A stretch of 53,729 bases of DNA, from the IMG/VR virus record IMGVR_UViG_3300036846_000650, positions 1-53,729 of that record. One strand, given 5' to 3'. Positions 27,027-35,564 of this stretch are shown piece after piece; the first letter of the stretch is position 1, and the number at the start of each line of letters is the position of its first letter. The translations under genes were made by a program, and so were the position numbers. Under the pieces are notes generated by a model, which saw nothing but the letters and a program-made list of their open reading frames with translations, was not told the origin of the DNA and did not search any database. Origin of the DNA: a virus (Duplodnaviria; Caudoviricetes).

Positions 27027-28085
27027 ATGGCCCACGACCCCAAGATCGAGTCCTGGCTTACCCGCAATGGCTATGCCTGGGAATTCGTCCCTGACCACCC
27101 GATCGCGCTGATCGACCTGCGGGAGGCGGATGAAAATCCGGCCCGGCTCACCCGCAAGCTGGATACCGTCCGGGCCACCCACTACGGGTGCAACATGATC
27201 GATGGGGACGAATTCCCCGCGGTGTTGCTGCACGAGATGGTCGGCAAGCGGCTGAAGCACCTGCTGAACGGACGGCACCGGACCAAGGGCGCGCTGGAAG
27301 CCGATCGCACCACCTTCGACGCCATCGTGGTCCGGGAGGCTGATCCCTACCGGATCGATGTCCTGCTGCGCTTCTCCAACTGCCTGGAGGGTGACCGGCC
27401 CACCGAGACCGACAACTTGATCCAGATCGCCGAAATGCGGGCGAAGTATCCCGACAAGGGCCCGAAGGATTTGGCCAAGATCGCCGGCCTGTCGATGAAG
27501 GCGGTGGACAACTACCTGAAACTGCGCGAGGTAGAGGACCGCGCCGACGACCTGGGGATCGGCACAATTTTCCGCAATGAGCGGATTTTCAAGCCGGCGG
27601 TGAAGCTGGCATTGCAACAGATCACCAACCTCAACAACTTCCTGGCCACGGCGCAGTTGATCGCCAAGCATGAGGAATTGCAGGGCGGCAACGGCACCAG
27701 TCTGGCGAAGGAGGTACAGAAATGCACAACCGAGAAGGCGGTGCTGAAGCTGCTGATGGATCGCGACAAGGAGCTTACCGACCGGCGGACCGACCGCGAG
27801 CGCAAGCGGATGCGGGCCCCTTCCTCGAAGGCTACCAAGCTGGTGGGCCTGGGCCGGGGGGTGAATTCACTGACCGAGGGCGGCATCCAGCGGGTGCATC
27901 TGGCGGGCCTTGGCGGCCTGTCGGAATTGCAGCGCGCGAAGGCGGTGATCTCGACAGCAAGGGACCGGCTGGACTCAGCGGAGGAGGAACTGGACCGGCT
28001 GATCGAGGAGGCGAAGGCGGAAGCCGAGTTCGTGGCTGGCGCGCGGAAATCCGCGCCATCCTCACCTCATGCACCACCACCCTGA
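27027..28085 (+). CDS. ParB/Srx-like N-terminal domain protein with HTH
   Basis: FPAVLL...LLNGRHR..GA motif; KDLAKIAGLS HTH; AGGAGG SD. Confidence 0.7.
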   Translation: MAHDPKIESWLTRNGYAWEFVPDHPIALIDLREADENPARLTRKLDTVRATHYGCNMIDGDEFPAVLLHEMVGKRLKHLLNGRHRTKGALEADRTTFDAIVVREADPYRIDVLLRFSNCLEGDRPTETDNLIQIAEMRAKYPDKGPKDLAKIAGLSMKAVDNYLKLREVEDRADDLGIGTIFRNERIFKPAVKLALQQITNLNNFLATAQLIAKHEELQGGNGTSLAKEVQKCTTEKAVLKLLMDRDKELTDRRTDRERKRMRAPSSKATKLVGLGRGVNSLTEGGIQRVHLAGLGGLSELQRAKAVISTARDRLDSAEEELDRLIEEAKAEAEFVAGARKSAPSSPHAPPP

Positions 28086-28096
28086 CCGCAGGCGAA

Positions 28097-28468
28097 TTGT
28101 TTGATCAGGTGCGGCGGGATATTCCGCTGCACCATGCGACCCGGCGCTACCGCAAGGGCGGCTACAAGACCGACGCCTCAAACGATCGGATGCGCTGGGT
28201 GCTGTTCGCCGAACAGGTAAACCGATTTGACGTGACGACAACGCAGACCGGGCCGCGCAGGATGCTGGAGCGCAACACCCGGTTGATACCGAACCTCACG
28301 CCCTGCGCGGAGTGTGGCAAGCCGTTCTTGCGTGACAATCGCCGGAGCGAGATCATCAACTGCTCGATCAGGTGTGGTCACTTGCTGCGCAGCCGGCGGC
28401 TGGCTGAGAAGGAGGAGGACGATCCGATGGCCGGGGTGCTGGCGACGCTCAACCGCGGGAGGAAATGA
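28097..28468 (+). CDS. Hypothetical Zn-finger protein (start uncertain)
   Basis: CAECGKPF...CSIRC; stop overlaps the methylase start. Confidence 0.55.
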   Translation: MFDQVRRDIPLHHATRRYRKGGYKTDASNDRMRWVLFAEQVNRFDVTTTQTGPRRMLERNTRLIPNLTPCAECGKPFLRDNRRSEIINCSIRCGHLLRSRRLAEKEEDDPMAGVLATLNRGRK

Positions 28469-29514
28469 TGCCGGAGGGGCTCAGTCTCACCGAATTAGCG
28501 ACTGCGGTTACCGGCCGGATACCGCATCCGCTGGACGTGCTGGCAGCAGAAATCCGGGCGGCGCATGAGTCGGTGGTGCGGCACAGCCGGCACACCGCAG
28601 AAAGTGCCTTGGAGGCTGGAGAGAAGCTCATTATCGCAAAGCTGCATCCGGACACCCAAGGTATCAGGTGGCAGGACTGGGTCGAGCAGAAGGCGCGGGT
28701 GCCCTACCGAAATGCGCAACGCTACGCTCAACTATTCATTTCGGTGCATGGGGGTGTTGTCTTAAGGCAAGACGTTGCAGAACTTGGCATATTCGGTGCG
28801 CTGCGGCTGGATTTCGCGTTACGCGGACTTACCCCCGAACAACGGACGATGGTGCGGGATAGGATGGCACTGGGCACGCGGGTCATGGAAGCCCGCCGGC
28901 TGGTCCTGGCTGATGACAGGGTGAATGCCGAACTGCTGATGCCCAGCGGCAAATTCCGAGTGATCTATGCCGACCCGCCGTGGTCCTATGGCAACACGCA
29001 GCCGGACACTTTCGGCGAGCAACGCGACCATTATCCGGTGATGTCTCTTGCCGACATTTGCGCGCTGCCGGTACTCGACTGGGCACTAGATGACGCGGTG
29101 CTGTATCTGTGGGTGACCGCGCCCATGGCGCTCGACGTTGCGGCGGTGATCGACGCCTGGGGCTTCGAGTACAAGGCGCAGTTTATCTGGCACAAGGAAA
29201 GGCACGTCCAGGGCCACTACAATTCGGTCCGCCACGAGTTGCTGTATGTCTGCACCCGCGGTGCCTGTCAGCCCGATGTGCGCCGGCTGTTTCCCAGCGT
29301 CTACACCGAGCCGCGGGCTGACCACAGCCGCAAGCCGGAATATTTCTATTCGGTGATCGAGACGCTATACCCACGGGGCAGGCGGCTCGAATTATTCCGG
29401 CGCGGGCCGCCAAGGGACGGGTGGGAGGCGTATGGAAACGAGGTCACTGGAGCAGCGGATCGCCGAACTGGAGCAGGAGAACCAGCGGCTGCGGCAACAG
29501 GTGAGGTATCCTGA
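28465..29514 (+). CDS. MT-A70-family N6-adenine methyltransferase with DUF3102-like N-terminus
   Basis: FRVIYADPPW, HYPVM, AVLYLW, WGFEYK, HSRKPE, LELF and GWEAYGNE motifs. Confidence 0.92.
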   Translation: MMPEGLSLTELATAVTGRIPHPLDVLAAEIRAAHESVVRHSRHTAESALEAGEKLIIAKLHPDTQGIRWQDWVEQKARVPYRNAQRYAQLFISVHGGVVLRQDVAELGIFGALRLDFALRGLTPEQRTMVRDRMALGTRVMEARRLVLADDRVNAELLMPSGKFRVIYADPPWSYGNTQPDTFGEQRDHYPVMSLADICALPVLDWALDDAVLYLWVTAPMALDVAAVIDAWGFEYKAQFIWHKERHVQGHYNSVRHELLYVCTRGACQPDVRRLFPSVYTEPRADHSRKPEYFYSVIETLYPRGRRLELFRRGPPRDGWEAYGNEVTGAADRRTGAGEPAAAATGEVS

Positions 29515-29983
29515 CGCCAAGAGCCGGGACGCGGTAGAGCAGGGGCTGCAATTCCAGGACTGGGTCTGCTGCTTATTCTCCGCCCGCTTTGATTACCACC
29601 TGCAAAATATGTGCTCCCGGCTGTATCAGCTAAAGCTGGGGGAAAATCGCCAGCGCTGGGAAATCAAGCTCGATGAGCTTTGCCTGCAACATGGGCGGCT
29701 GTCGATCGAGGTCGAGGAGCGCCGGCACAAGGATATGACTACCTGGACCCCAAGCGGCATCTTCGCTGAGCCCGGGTCGCTCTACTACGTCCAGGGCAAC
29801 ACCCAATTCCTCGCGGTGTTCGAGACCGACTGGTTACGGGGCTACTTCCGCGAGGAGCGGCCGGAGGTGTTCACCAAGCGGGAGACCGTCCGGGCCTTCT
29901 ACCTGGACCTGAAGGTAGTGCGGGAGCGTGCCCTGATGGTGCTCGAACTGCGCGACGAGCCGTTCAATCCGTTTGCCAGCTAG
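29432..29983 (+). CDS. Putative PD-(D/E)xK-like nuclease-fold protein
   Basis: GGAGG SD at 29424; G.QFQD, GEN...EIKLD, LSIEV.E and PSGI motifs. Confidence 0.55.
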   Translation: METRSLEQRIAELEQENQRLRQQVRYPDAKSRDAVEQGLQFQDWVCCLFSARFDYHLQNMCSRLYQLKLGENRQRWEIKLDELCLQHGRLSIEVEERRHKDMTTWTPSGIFAEPGSLYYVQGNTQFLAVFETDWLRGYFREERPEVFTKRETVRAFYLDLKVVRERALMVLELRDEPFNPFAS

Positions 29984-30218
29984 CGCGGCCGTGCCGCTTG
30001 TGCCATAATCAGCCTTGCAGACGGAGGAAACGCACGGCAAGGCTAGGCTGGAAAAGCTGGGCCGCCAGTGCATTGTCCAACGGGAAATCAAGCACTTATC
30101 CCCACAAACTAAATTCTTAAAACGGCAAATAATTGCTTGCGCGGCGGGCGCTTGCGGAGTCATCTTCCGCGCCGACAGATTGCCTCCCACCCCAGGAAAG
30201 CCCGCGATGTAGCACCGG

Positions 30219-30319
30219 AAAAAGAAGCCGCCGGCAAGGTATGAGCCCTACCGGCGGCGTGTTCGTCGCTTCCCCAAGAAGCGCCTGTTGTCATGTGCCC
30301 GTCAAAAGGTCACCTAACA
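30219..30319 (-). ncRNA. Candidate antisense RNA upstream of the replication initiator
   Basis: Two hairpins, a U-tract on the minus strand, and a weak minus-strand promoter at 30326-30354. Confidence 0.35.
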
Positions 30320-30416
30320 TGCTGACAATTACAGTATTCAGAACTTCCACACAAGCCGAAAATTACGGCTTCCCACAAAATTCTCGTGAGTGTCGCCAGA
30401 TCGCCATGGTGCGGTC

Positions 30417-30611
30417 ATGAGCGCCGACTTCGAGGCGGCCCGGTCGGCCTTCCTTCAGGCATGGTGGGAAATACCCACTGGAGCCTATTCGCCAGAGGAC
30501 ATCGCGTGGGAAATTGAGGCTGTGGCCAGCGCCATGCGGCAGTTGGCTGTGTTGCGTCATGAGGAGGGATCGCCCCGCGTCCGCCGGCTGATCGGGGGGG
30601 CCGCACCATGA
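30417..30611 (+). CDS. Hypothetical protein
   Basis: ATGA-coupled to the initiator gene. Confidence 0.55.
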   Translation: MSADFEAARSAFLQAWWEIPTGAYSPEDIAWEIEAVASAMRQLAVLRHEEGSPRVRRLIGGAAP

Positions 30612-31273
30612 GCTTCCAGGCGGAAAGCTGGGCATGGGACCAGCGGTGCGGTAGCGTCGTGAAGAAGGCGATCCTGGCCTACCTCGCATGGCGGGCCGAC
30701 CGGAATACCGGAGAGTCTTGGCCGTCGGTCAAGACCATTGCCCACGCCATCGAATGCGGAGAGCGGTCCGTCTACCGAAGCCTTGTGGAGCTTGAGAAGG
30801 AAGGCATGGTCGAGAGGGGACAGCGGACAGCAGCGAACGGGGCTTGCCTGACCACCGTCTACCGACTTCCGGTCTGCTCTACCCCCCTGCCACAGGAGCC
30901 AGACCCCCCTGCCACAGAACCAGACCCCCCTGCCATGGTGGCAGGGAATCCTTCACTTGACCTTAAAGAACCCCCAATACCTTCGGTATTGTCCCCCACG
31001 CCGAAGCCTGCTTCGCAGAAGCGGAAGAAGCCGGCGATCCCAATGCCGGAGGGCTGGCACCCAGACATCGACGGGCAGGGCTGGGCCTACGCGGAAGCTC
31101 GTGGGCTCGATCCGGAAGTCACTTGGGCCGCCTTCCGAAGCCACCATCTGGCCAAGGGCAACACCTTCATCAGTTGGCATCAAGCGTGGCAATTCTGGTG
31201 CAATCAGCAGATCGTCTACGGGCGCGGCCATAAGCCGGTCCGGCAGGAGGCCCAGCCGGGGCTCGGGCTATGA
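30608..31273 (+). CDS. Replication initiator (winged HTH, lambda O/DnaT-like organisation)
   Basis: K.ILAYLA.RAD...SWPSVKTIA...ERSV.R.L..LE..G; C-terminal P.GW.P...F..HH...W..AW..W; internal iterons. Confidence 0.85.
   Translation: MSFQAESWAWDQRCGSVVKKAILAYLAWRADRNTGESWPSVKTIAHAIECGERSVYRSLVELEKEGMVERGQRTAANGACLTTVYRLPVCSTPLPQEPDPPATEPDPPAMVAGNPSLDLKEPPIPSVLSPTPKPASQKRKKPAIPMPEGWHPDIDGQGWAYAEARGLDPEVTWAAFRSHHLAKGNTFISWHQAWQFWCNQQIVYGRGHKPVRQEAQPGLGL
30881..30946 (+). repeat. Iterons, probable replication origin
   Basis: ACCCCCCTGCCA at 30881, 30903 and 30924, plus inverted TGGCAGGG at 30939-30946. Confidence 0.8.
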
Positions 31274-33060
31274 GCGCGGACCTGATGGGCCTGTTGCTCG
31301 ACCGCGGCATCCGGCTGAAGTCGGTCGGGCCCGGTCGGTCGGAGCAGGTGATCTGCCCGCGCTGCGGTGGCGGGCGTACCCGGGAGCGGTCGCTGTCGGT
31401 AAAGATCGATGACGACGGCCTGGGCGCGGTGTGGCAGTGCCACCGCGGCAAGTGCGACGGCAACACCGGGTCGGTCCGGGTGTCCAGCGAGGATGACTGG
31501 CAGCCGCGGGCACGGGCGCAGAAGGCGAAGCCGCTGCCGAAGCAGCCGTTGGGTGCGGAGGAATTCCGCCCGGACTGGTTCTGGGATTTCTGGTCTGCCC
31601 GCAAGATCGGCGCGCGGGTGATCAAGCAATTCGGCGTCCATGCTGCCAAGCGGTGGTTTCGCGATCTCGGGGAGCAGGACGCCATCGTGTTCCCGTATCA
31701 CCATGGCAACGAGGTGGTGGCGCGGAAATACCGGCACCACCCCGACAAGCACCCGATGAATCAGGAAAACACCGGCGTGCCGACGCTCTACAACGCCAAC
31801 GCGCTGCCGGACGCCAACTGGATCATCTGGGTCGAGGGCGAGCCGGACGTGCTGGCGATGGCGGAGTGCGGCTTCGCCAACGCAGTGAGCCTGCGCGACG
31901 GCGCGCCGCAGGATGCCAAGTACCGCGCCGATGACAAGCGCTTTGCGGCGCTGGCCACCCACGAGAAGGAATTGGCACTGGTCGGTAAATTCATCCTGGC
32001 CGGCGACAACGACCCGCCTGGGCTGGCATTGCGCGAGGAGCTAGCCCGCCGTCTGGGCCGGCACAAGGTGGCGCTGGTGACGTGGCCGGAGGGCTGCAAG
32101 GACGCCGGAGACGTTTTGGAGCGGCACGGACCCGACGTGGTCGCTGAGGCCATTGCCACCGCGGAGCCGTATCCGATCGACGGGCTGGTCCGGGTGCATC
32201 CGGATATTCTCAATGGCTACCGGGAGAAGCCGCGGCCTATCCTTACGTCCACCGGCACGCGCAACACCGATCTGATCCTGCGGCTGCCGGGCGAGGGGCG
32301 GCTGATCGTGGTGACCGGCTTTCCGTCGCACGGCAAGACCTCCTGGGTGCGCTTCGTGATGGTGCACCTGATGCGCCAGTCCGGGCGGAAGTGGCTGGTC
32401 TTCAGCCCGGAGCATCTGCCGATGGAGGACTTCATCACCGAATGCGCGGAAGTCTATGTCGGGCAGCCGTATTGGGCCGATCAGGCCCATACCGCGATGA
32501 CGACGGCGGAGGAGCGGTCGGCGGCGGAGTTTTTCTCCGAGCGGCTGACCATGTTGAATTGCGACTCGCTCACTGAGCAGCCGACGCTGGACTGGCTGCT
32601 TGAGCGCGCTGAAGCAGCGGTGCTGCGCGACGGGATCACGGACTTCCAACTCGATCCGTGGAATGAGATCGCGCACCAGCGCGGCGAGATGACGGAGACC
32701 GACTACACCGGGCAATCGCTACAAAAGCTCAAGGCGTTTGCCTACCGCCATGGGGTGAATATCTGGGTGGTGGCGCACCCGGCCAAGCCGGCACCGGGCG
32801 ACAACGACAAGCCGCCGGGTGGATATTCCATTTCCGGCAGTCAGCACTGGAATAACAAGGCCGACCTGGGCCTGACGGTCTGGGTGAAGCCGAATACCAA
32901 CGACGTGGAGTTGCATGTCTGGAAGTCGCGGTTTCGCCGCTGGGCACGGCGCGGCGACCACGCCAAGCTGAATTTCGATCAGGCGAGTGGGCGGTATTCC
33001 GACCGGATGGCGAGCCGCGATCCACCTCCGGCGCGCGGCTTCGGTGGGCGGGACGACTGA
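31270..33060 (+). CDS. Primase-helicase (T7 gp4/Twinkle-like)
   Basis: CPRC...CHRGKC Zn domain; TOPRIM EGEPD, DND and KDA; Walker A GFPSHGKT; DPWN, VAHP and ISGS motifs. Confidence 0.93.
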   Translation: MSADLMGLLLDRGIRLKSVGPGRSEQVICPRCGGGRTRERSLSVKIDDDGLGAVWQCHRGKCDGNTGSVRVSSEDDWQPRARAQKAKPLPKQPLGAEEFRPDWFWDFWSARKIGARVIKQFGVHAAKRWFRDLGEQDAIVFPYHHGNEVVARKYRHHPDKHPMNQENTGVPTLYNANALPDANWIIWVEGEPDVLAMAECGFANAVSLRDGAPQDAKYRADDKRFAALATHEKELALVGKFILAGDNDPPGLALREELARRLGRHKVALVTWPEGCKDAGDVLERHGPDVVAEAIATAEPYPIDGLVRVHPDILNGYREKPRPILTSTGTRNTDLILRLPGEGRLIVVTGFPSHGKTSWVRFVMVHLMRQSGRKWLVFSPEHLPMEDFITECAEVYVGQPYWADQAHTAMTTAEERSAAEFFSERLTMLNCDSLTEQPTLDWLLERAEAAVLRDGITDFQLDPWNEIAHQRGEMTETDYTGQSLQKLKAFAYRHGVNIWVVAHPAKPAPGDNDKPPGGYSISGSQHWNNKADLGLTVWVKPNTNDVELHVWKSRFRRWARRGDHAKLNFDQASGRYSDRMASRDPPPARGFGGRDD

Positions 33061-33287
33061 TGGCCCAGATCACCGAACTCACCATCGGCTACGCCCGGAC
33101 GATCAATCTGGGCCACTACGAGTCGGCGCAGATCAAGGCCGCGGTCACGGTGGCGATCGAGCCCGGCGAGGTGATCGCCGACGTGCGGGCGACGATGCAA
33201 AGCACGCTGCGGCTGCTGCTGGAGGACACCTGGAAGGCGCAGCACCGGCCGACCAAGAATCCGCCGGAGGAGAACGGCAATGGCTGA
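33060..33287 (+). CDS. Conserved phage hypothetical protein
   Basis: RTINLGHYES motif; TGATG-coupled. Confidence 0.7.
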   Translation: MAQITELTIGYARTINLGHYESAQIKAAVTVAIEPGEVIADVRATMQSTLRLLLEDTWKAQHRPTKNPPEENGNG

Positions 33288-33552
33288 GCCGGTCAGCCTG
33301 GACGCGGCGCGCAGCCGGCGGACGATGCAACGGGTCAAGCTCGTCAAGGCACCGGAGCCATCGGTCTACCGCGACGATGCGGCGCTGCTCCAGTCGCCAT
33401 GGCGGGTGCGGGTCGAGGACGCGGTCTTCGAGATCGACGCCATCCTGGGCGGCCTCGATGTGCACGAGCGGATTGCGGTCACCAACGCGCTGGAGCGGCT
33501 GGCCGACGACATCGACTGTATGCGGTCGCCCCACCCGTGGGGGGACGCATGA
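33280..33552 (+). CDS. Hypothetical protein
   Basis: GGAG SD; overlaps the previous gene. Confidence 0.6.
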   Translation: MAEPVSLDAARSRRTMQRVKLVKAPEPSVYRDDAALLQSPWRVRVEDAVFEIDAILGGLDVHERIAVTNALERLADDIDCMRSPHPWGDA

Positions 33553-33782
33553 AGCTTCCATTTCCCCGCCGCGATGCGGTAGACTGGCGGCGCTCCACGG
33601 GGTTGGGCCTCCGGGCCCAGACCCTGGTGGCAGTGTGCAGGCGGGCGGGGGTGCGCGACCCTCGCCTGCCAACGCCCCTCAGAAGCCGCTACGCGGCGTC
33701 CAGCCCCCGGACCGTCTCCCACTACCCGCCAGCCGCCGCACCGCCCTGTAGCCTCATGGGAGGGCTGGCAAATGCTGCCTGA
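33549..33782 (+). CDS. Hypothetical protein
   Basis: ATGA-coupled; fills the operon gap. Confidence 0.4.
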   Translation: MKLPFPRRDAVDWRRSTGLGLRAQTLVAVCRRAGVRDPRLPTPLRSRYAASSPRTVSHYPPAAAPPCSLMGGLANAA

Positions 33783-33993
33783 ATACTGGGTGATCCGGGA
33801 CTACGCCCGGCAGTGCTGCATGACGCAACTGCCGCCCGGCCAGATGCGGTATGTCCCGCTGGATGAGGAAACGCAGCTAGGCCGTTGGCTGCGCGTGGCT
33901 ACCGGGCACGCCAGCGACGAAGACCTCCGGCTCACCTGGGGCGAATGGTTCCACGAAAACAATCCCGAGGACGGGGTGCCCTACGATGCGTAG
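33772..33993 (+). CDS. Hypothetical protein
   Basis: GGAGG SD; overlaps both neighbours. Confidence 0.55.
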   Translation: MLPEYWVIRDYARQCCMTQLPPGQMRYVPLDEETQLGRWLRVATGHASDEDLRLTWGEWFHENNPEDGVPYDA

Positions 33994-34615
33994 GCCGCAG
34001 CGGACCGTGGTGCCGCGGCCGGACGATCCACCGGCGGCCAGGATGGCGCGGGCTGATCCCTACGGCCGGCGGCCCGAGGCGACGGTGATGGTCGCTGAAT
34101 GGGTCGACCCGGACGACATCCGGCCCAACGCCGCCAAGAGTGCCAGGACCATCCGCGGCTTCCGCAGCTTCTGCCCGATCCGGCGGATGGCGGCGATGCC
34201 GGCGACCGGGGTGACGATCGAGCACGTGATGGCGGCCGACAAGCTGCGCGAGCTATGGGATCAGGTGCGGGTGGGCTTCACCGCGGCGGGCAATCCGCTG
34301 ATGCTGGCGGTGCTGGTCTCGCCGCAGCCGCGGACCGGGCCCAATGCCGGCGAGATCGAGCGGGCCAAATCGGCCCGGGCACTACGCCGTGCGGTGGCTA
34401 TCCTGTCGCTGCCGGAGCAGGCGCTGATGTCGGCGATCATCCTCCAGAATCAGAGCATCCGGTATTTCTGCCGGTCGCATACTGAGCGGACCGGCTTCTA
34501 TCTCGACCAGGATGTCACCAAAGTCCGGCTGATGATGGTGCTCAACAAGCTGAAGGATCACTTTGCCGGTGAGATCGAGGAGGAGGTGGCGCGCGGCCGA
34601 CGGCTGGCACCATGA
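33986..34615 (+). CDS. DUF6456-like putative late-transcription regulator
   Basis: AADKLRELW...C-terminal sigma4-like HTH ending L..L..HF; located at the end of the replication operon. Confidence 0.6.
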   Translation: MRRPQRTVVPRPDDPPAARMARADPYGRRPEATVMVAEWVDPDDIRPNAAKSARTIRGFRSFCPIRRMAAMPATGVTIEHVMAADKLRELWDQVRVGFTAAGNPLMLAVLVSPQPRTGPNAGEIERAKSARALRRAVAILSLPEQALMSAIILQNQSIRYFCRSHTERTGFYLDQDVTKVRLMMVLNKLKDHFAGEIEEEVARGRRLAP

Positions 34616-34797
34616 GTGATCAGGACAACGACGCTGCCGGCACCATTAACGTCTGGCTTTGTCCGACGTGTCAGACGCTCACGTTGCTCGACGAAGCCCT
34701 GGCCGACCGATGTTGTCGGGAGCCGCGCTGGCCAGATTGCCCGCTGCCGGCCCTGATCGCCGCGTTTGCACGTCAAGGACCTGACAGATTGTCCTGA
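34612..34797 (+). CDS. Small Cys-rich hypothetical protein
   Basis: CPTC...CC...C; ATGA-coupled. Confidence 0.45.
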   Translation: MSDQDNDAAGTINVWLCPTCQTLTLLDEALADRCCREPRWPDCPLPALIAAFARQGPDRLS

Positions 34798-34862
34798 CAG
34801 ATTGTCAGGGAACGCGAATCGGCACGAAACGGCTACAAACAGGAAACGACTCGGAGTAAGTG

Positions 34863-35261
34863 ATGGCCGCACCGCTGATCATCGGGCAGACTCAGAGGGC
34901 CGAATTGGCGGCATTGCGCGAGCTTGCGCACGCGATGCCGCAGGATGTGCAGGTGGTCATGGTGCAATGCAGGACGCCCACCGGGCACGCGCTGCATCTC
35001 GAAGCCATGAAGCCGTTCACCATCCCGCTCCCGACCGCGTTCATGGTGACCTTCACGCTGGAAATCGGGCATCCGGCCGGGCTGTGCCGGCACCTCAGCA
35101 TGTCGTCCCTCCGGCACAGCCGCACGCCGACGCCCGAGGCGGTCTGGATGGTGGCGCAGGAGCTTGGCTTTCAGGGCAGCATCCAGGACTGCGCCTTTTG
35201 GCTGGAAGATATCGGCTCCGGTGATGCGGCGGTGAATATCGTCCAGCCGGTGGCGAGCTAG
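34863..35261 (+). CDS. Hypothetical protein (RHLSxS motif)
   Basis: GGAG SD; CRHLSMS...TP.PEAV..VAQELGF. Confidence 0.7.
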   Translation: MAAPLIIGQTQRAELAALRELAHAMPQDVQVVMVQCRTPTGHALHLEAMKPFTIPLPTAFMVTFTLEIGHPAGLCRHLSMSSLRHSRTPTPEAVWMVAQELGFQGSIQDCAFWLEDIGSGDAAVNIVQPVAS

Positions 35262-35564
35262 CGCGGGCAGACGTGCCGGAGGTCGTCCTGACAATCGCCG
35301 TAGATCGGCGCTGGCACCGAGTTCACCACCAGCGCCATGATCACCACCAGGGCCACGATCACCCAGACCAGGATGTCATCGCCGTCTTTCATGGCGGGGC
35401 TGCCCAGTAAAGTATGGCGATAAATACGCAGATCACGGCGGCAACGCTGAGCCCGGACAGGACCACCTTGAGGATCATTCTGACCCCCATTTGATGAATT
35501 TTCCCACGAGCACCGGCAGCCAGATGCAGACCACCAGGGCGATACCCACCACCCACCAGATCAT
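35258..35564 (-). CDS. Three tandem tiny TM ORFs (35475-35564, 35389-35478, 35258-35392)
   Basis: Each start overlaps the previous stop as ATGA; 29, 29 and 44 aa, each with one hydrophobic helix. Confidence 0.55.

Noticed and set aside
28022-28100. Frameshift fusion of the ParB-like gene to the Zn-finger ORF
   Set aside because: The downstream ORF is in the -1 frame and lacks a good start, but no slippery heptamer is present.
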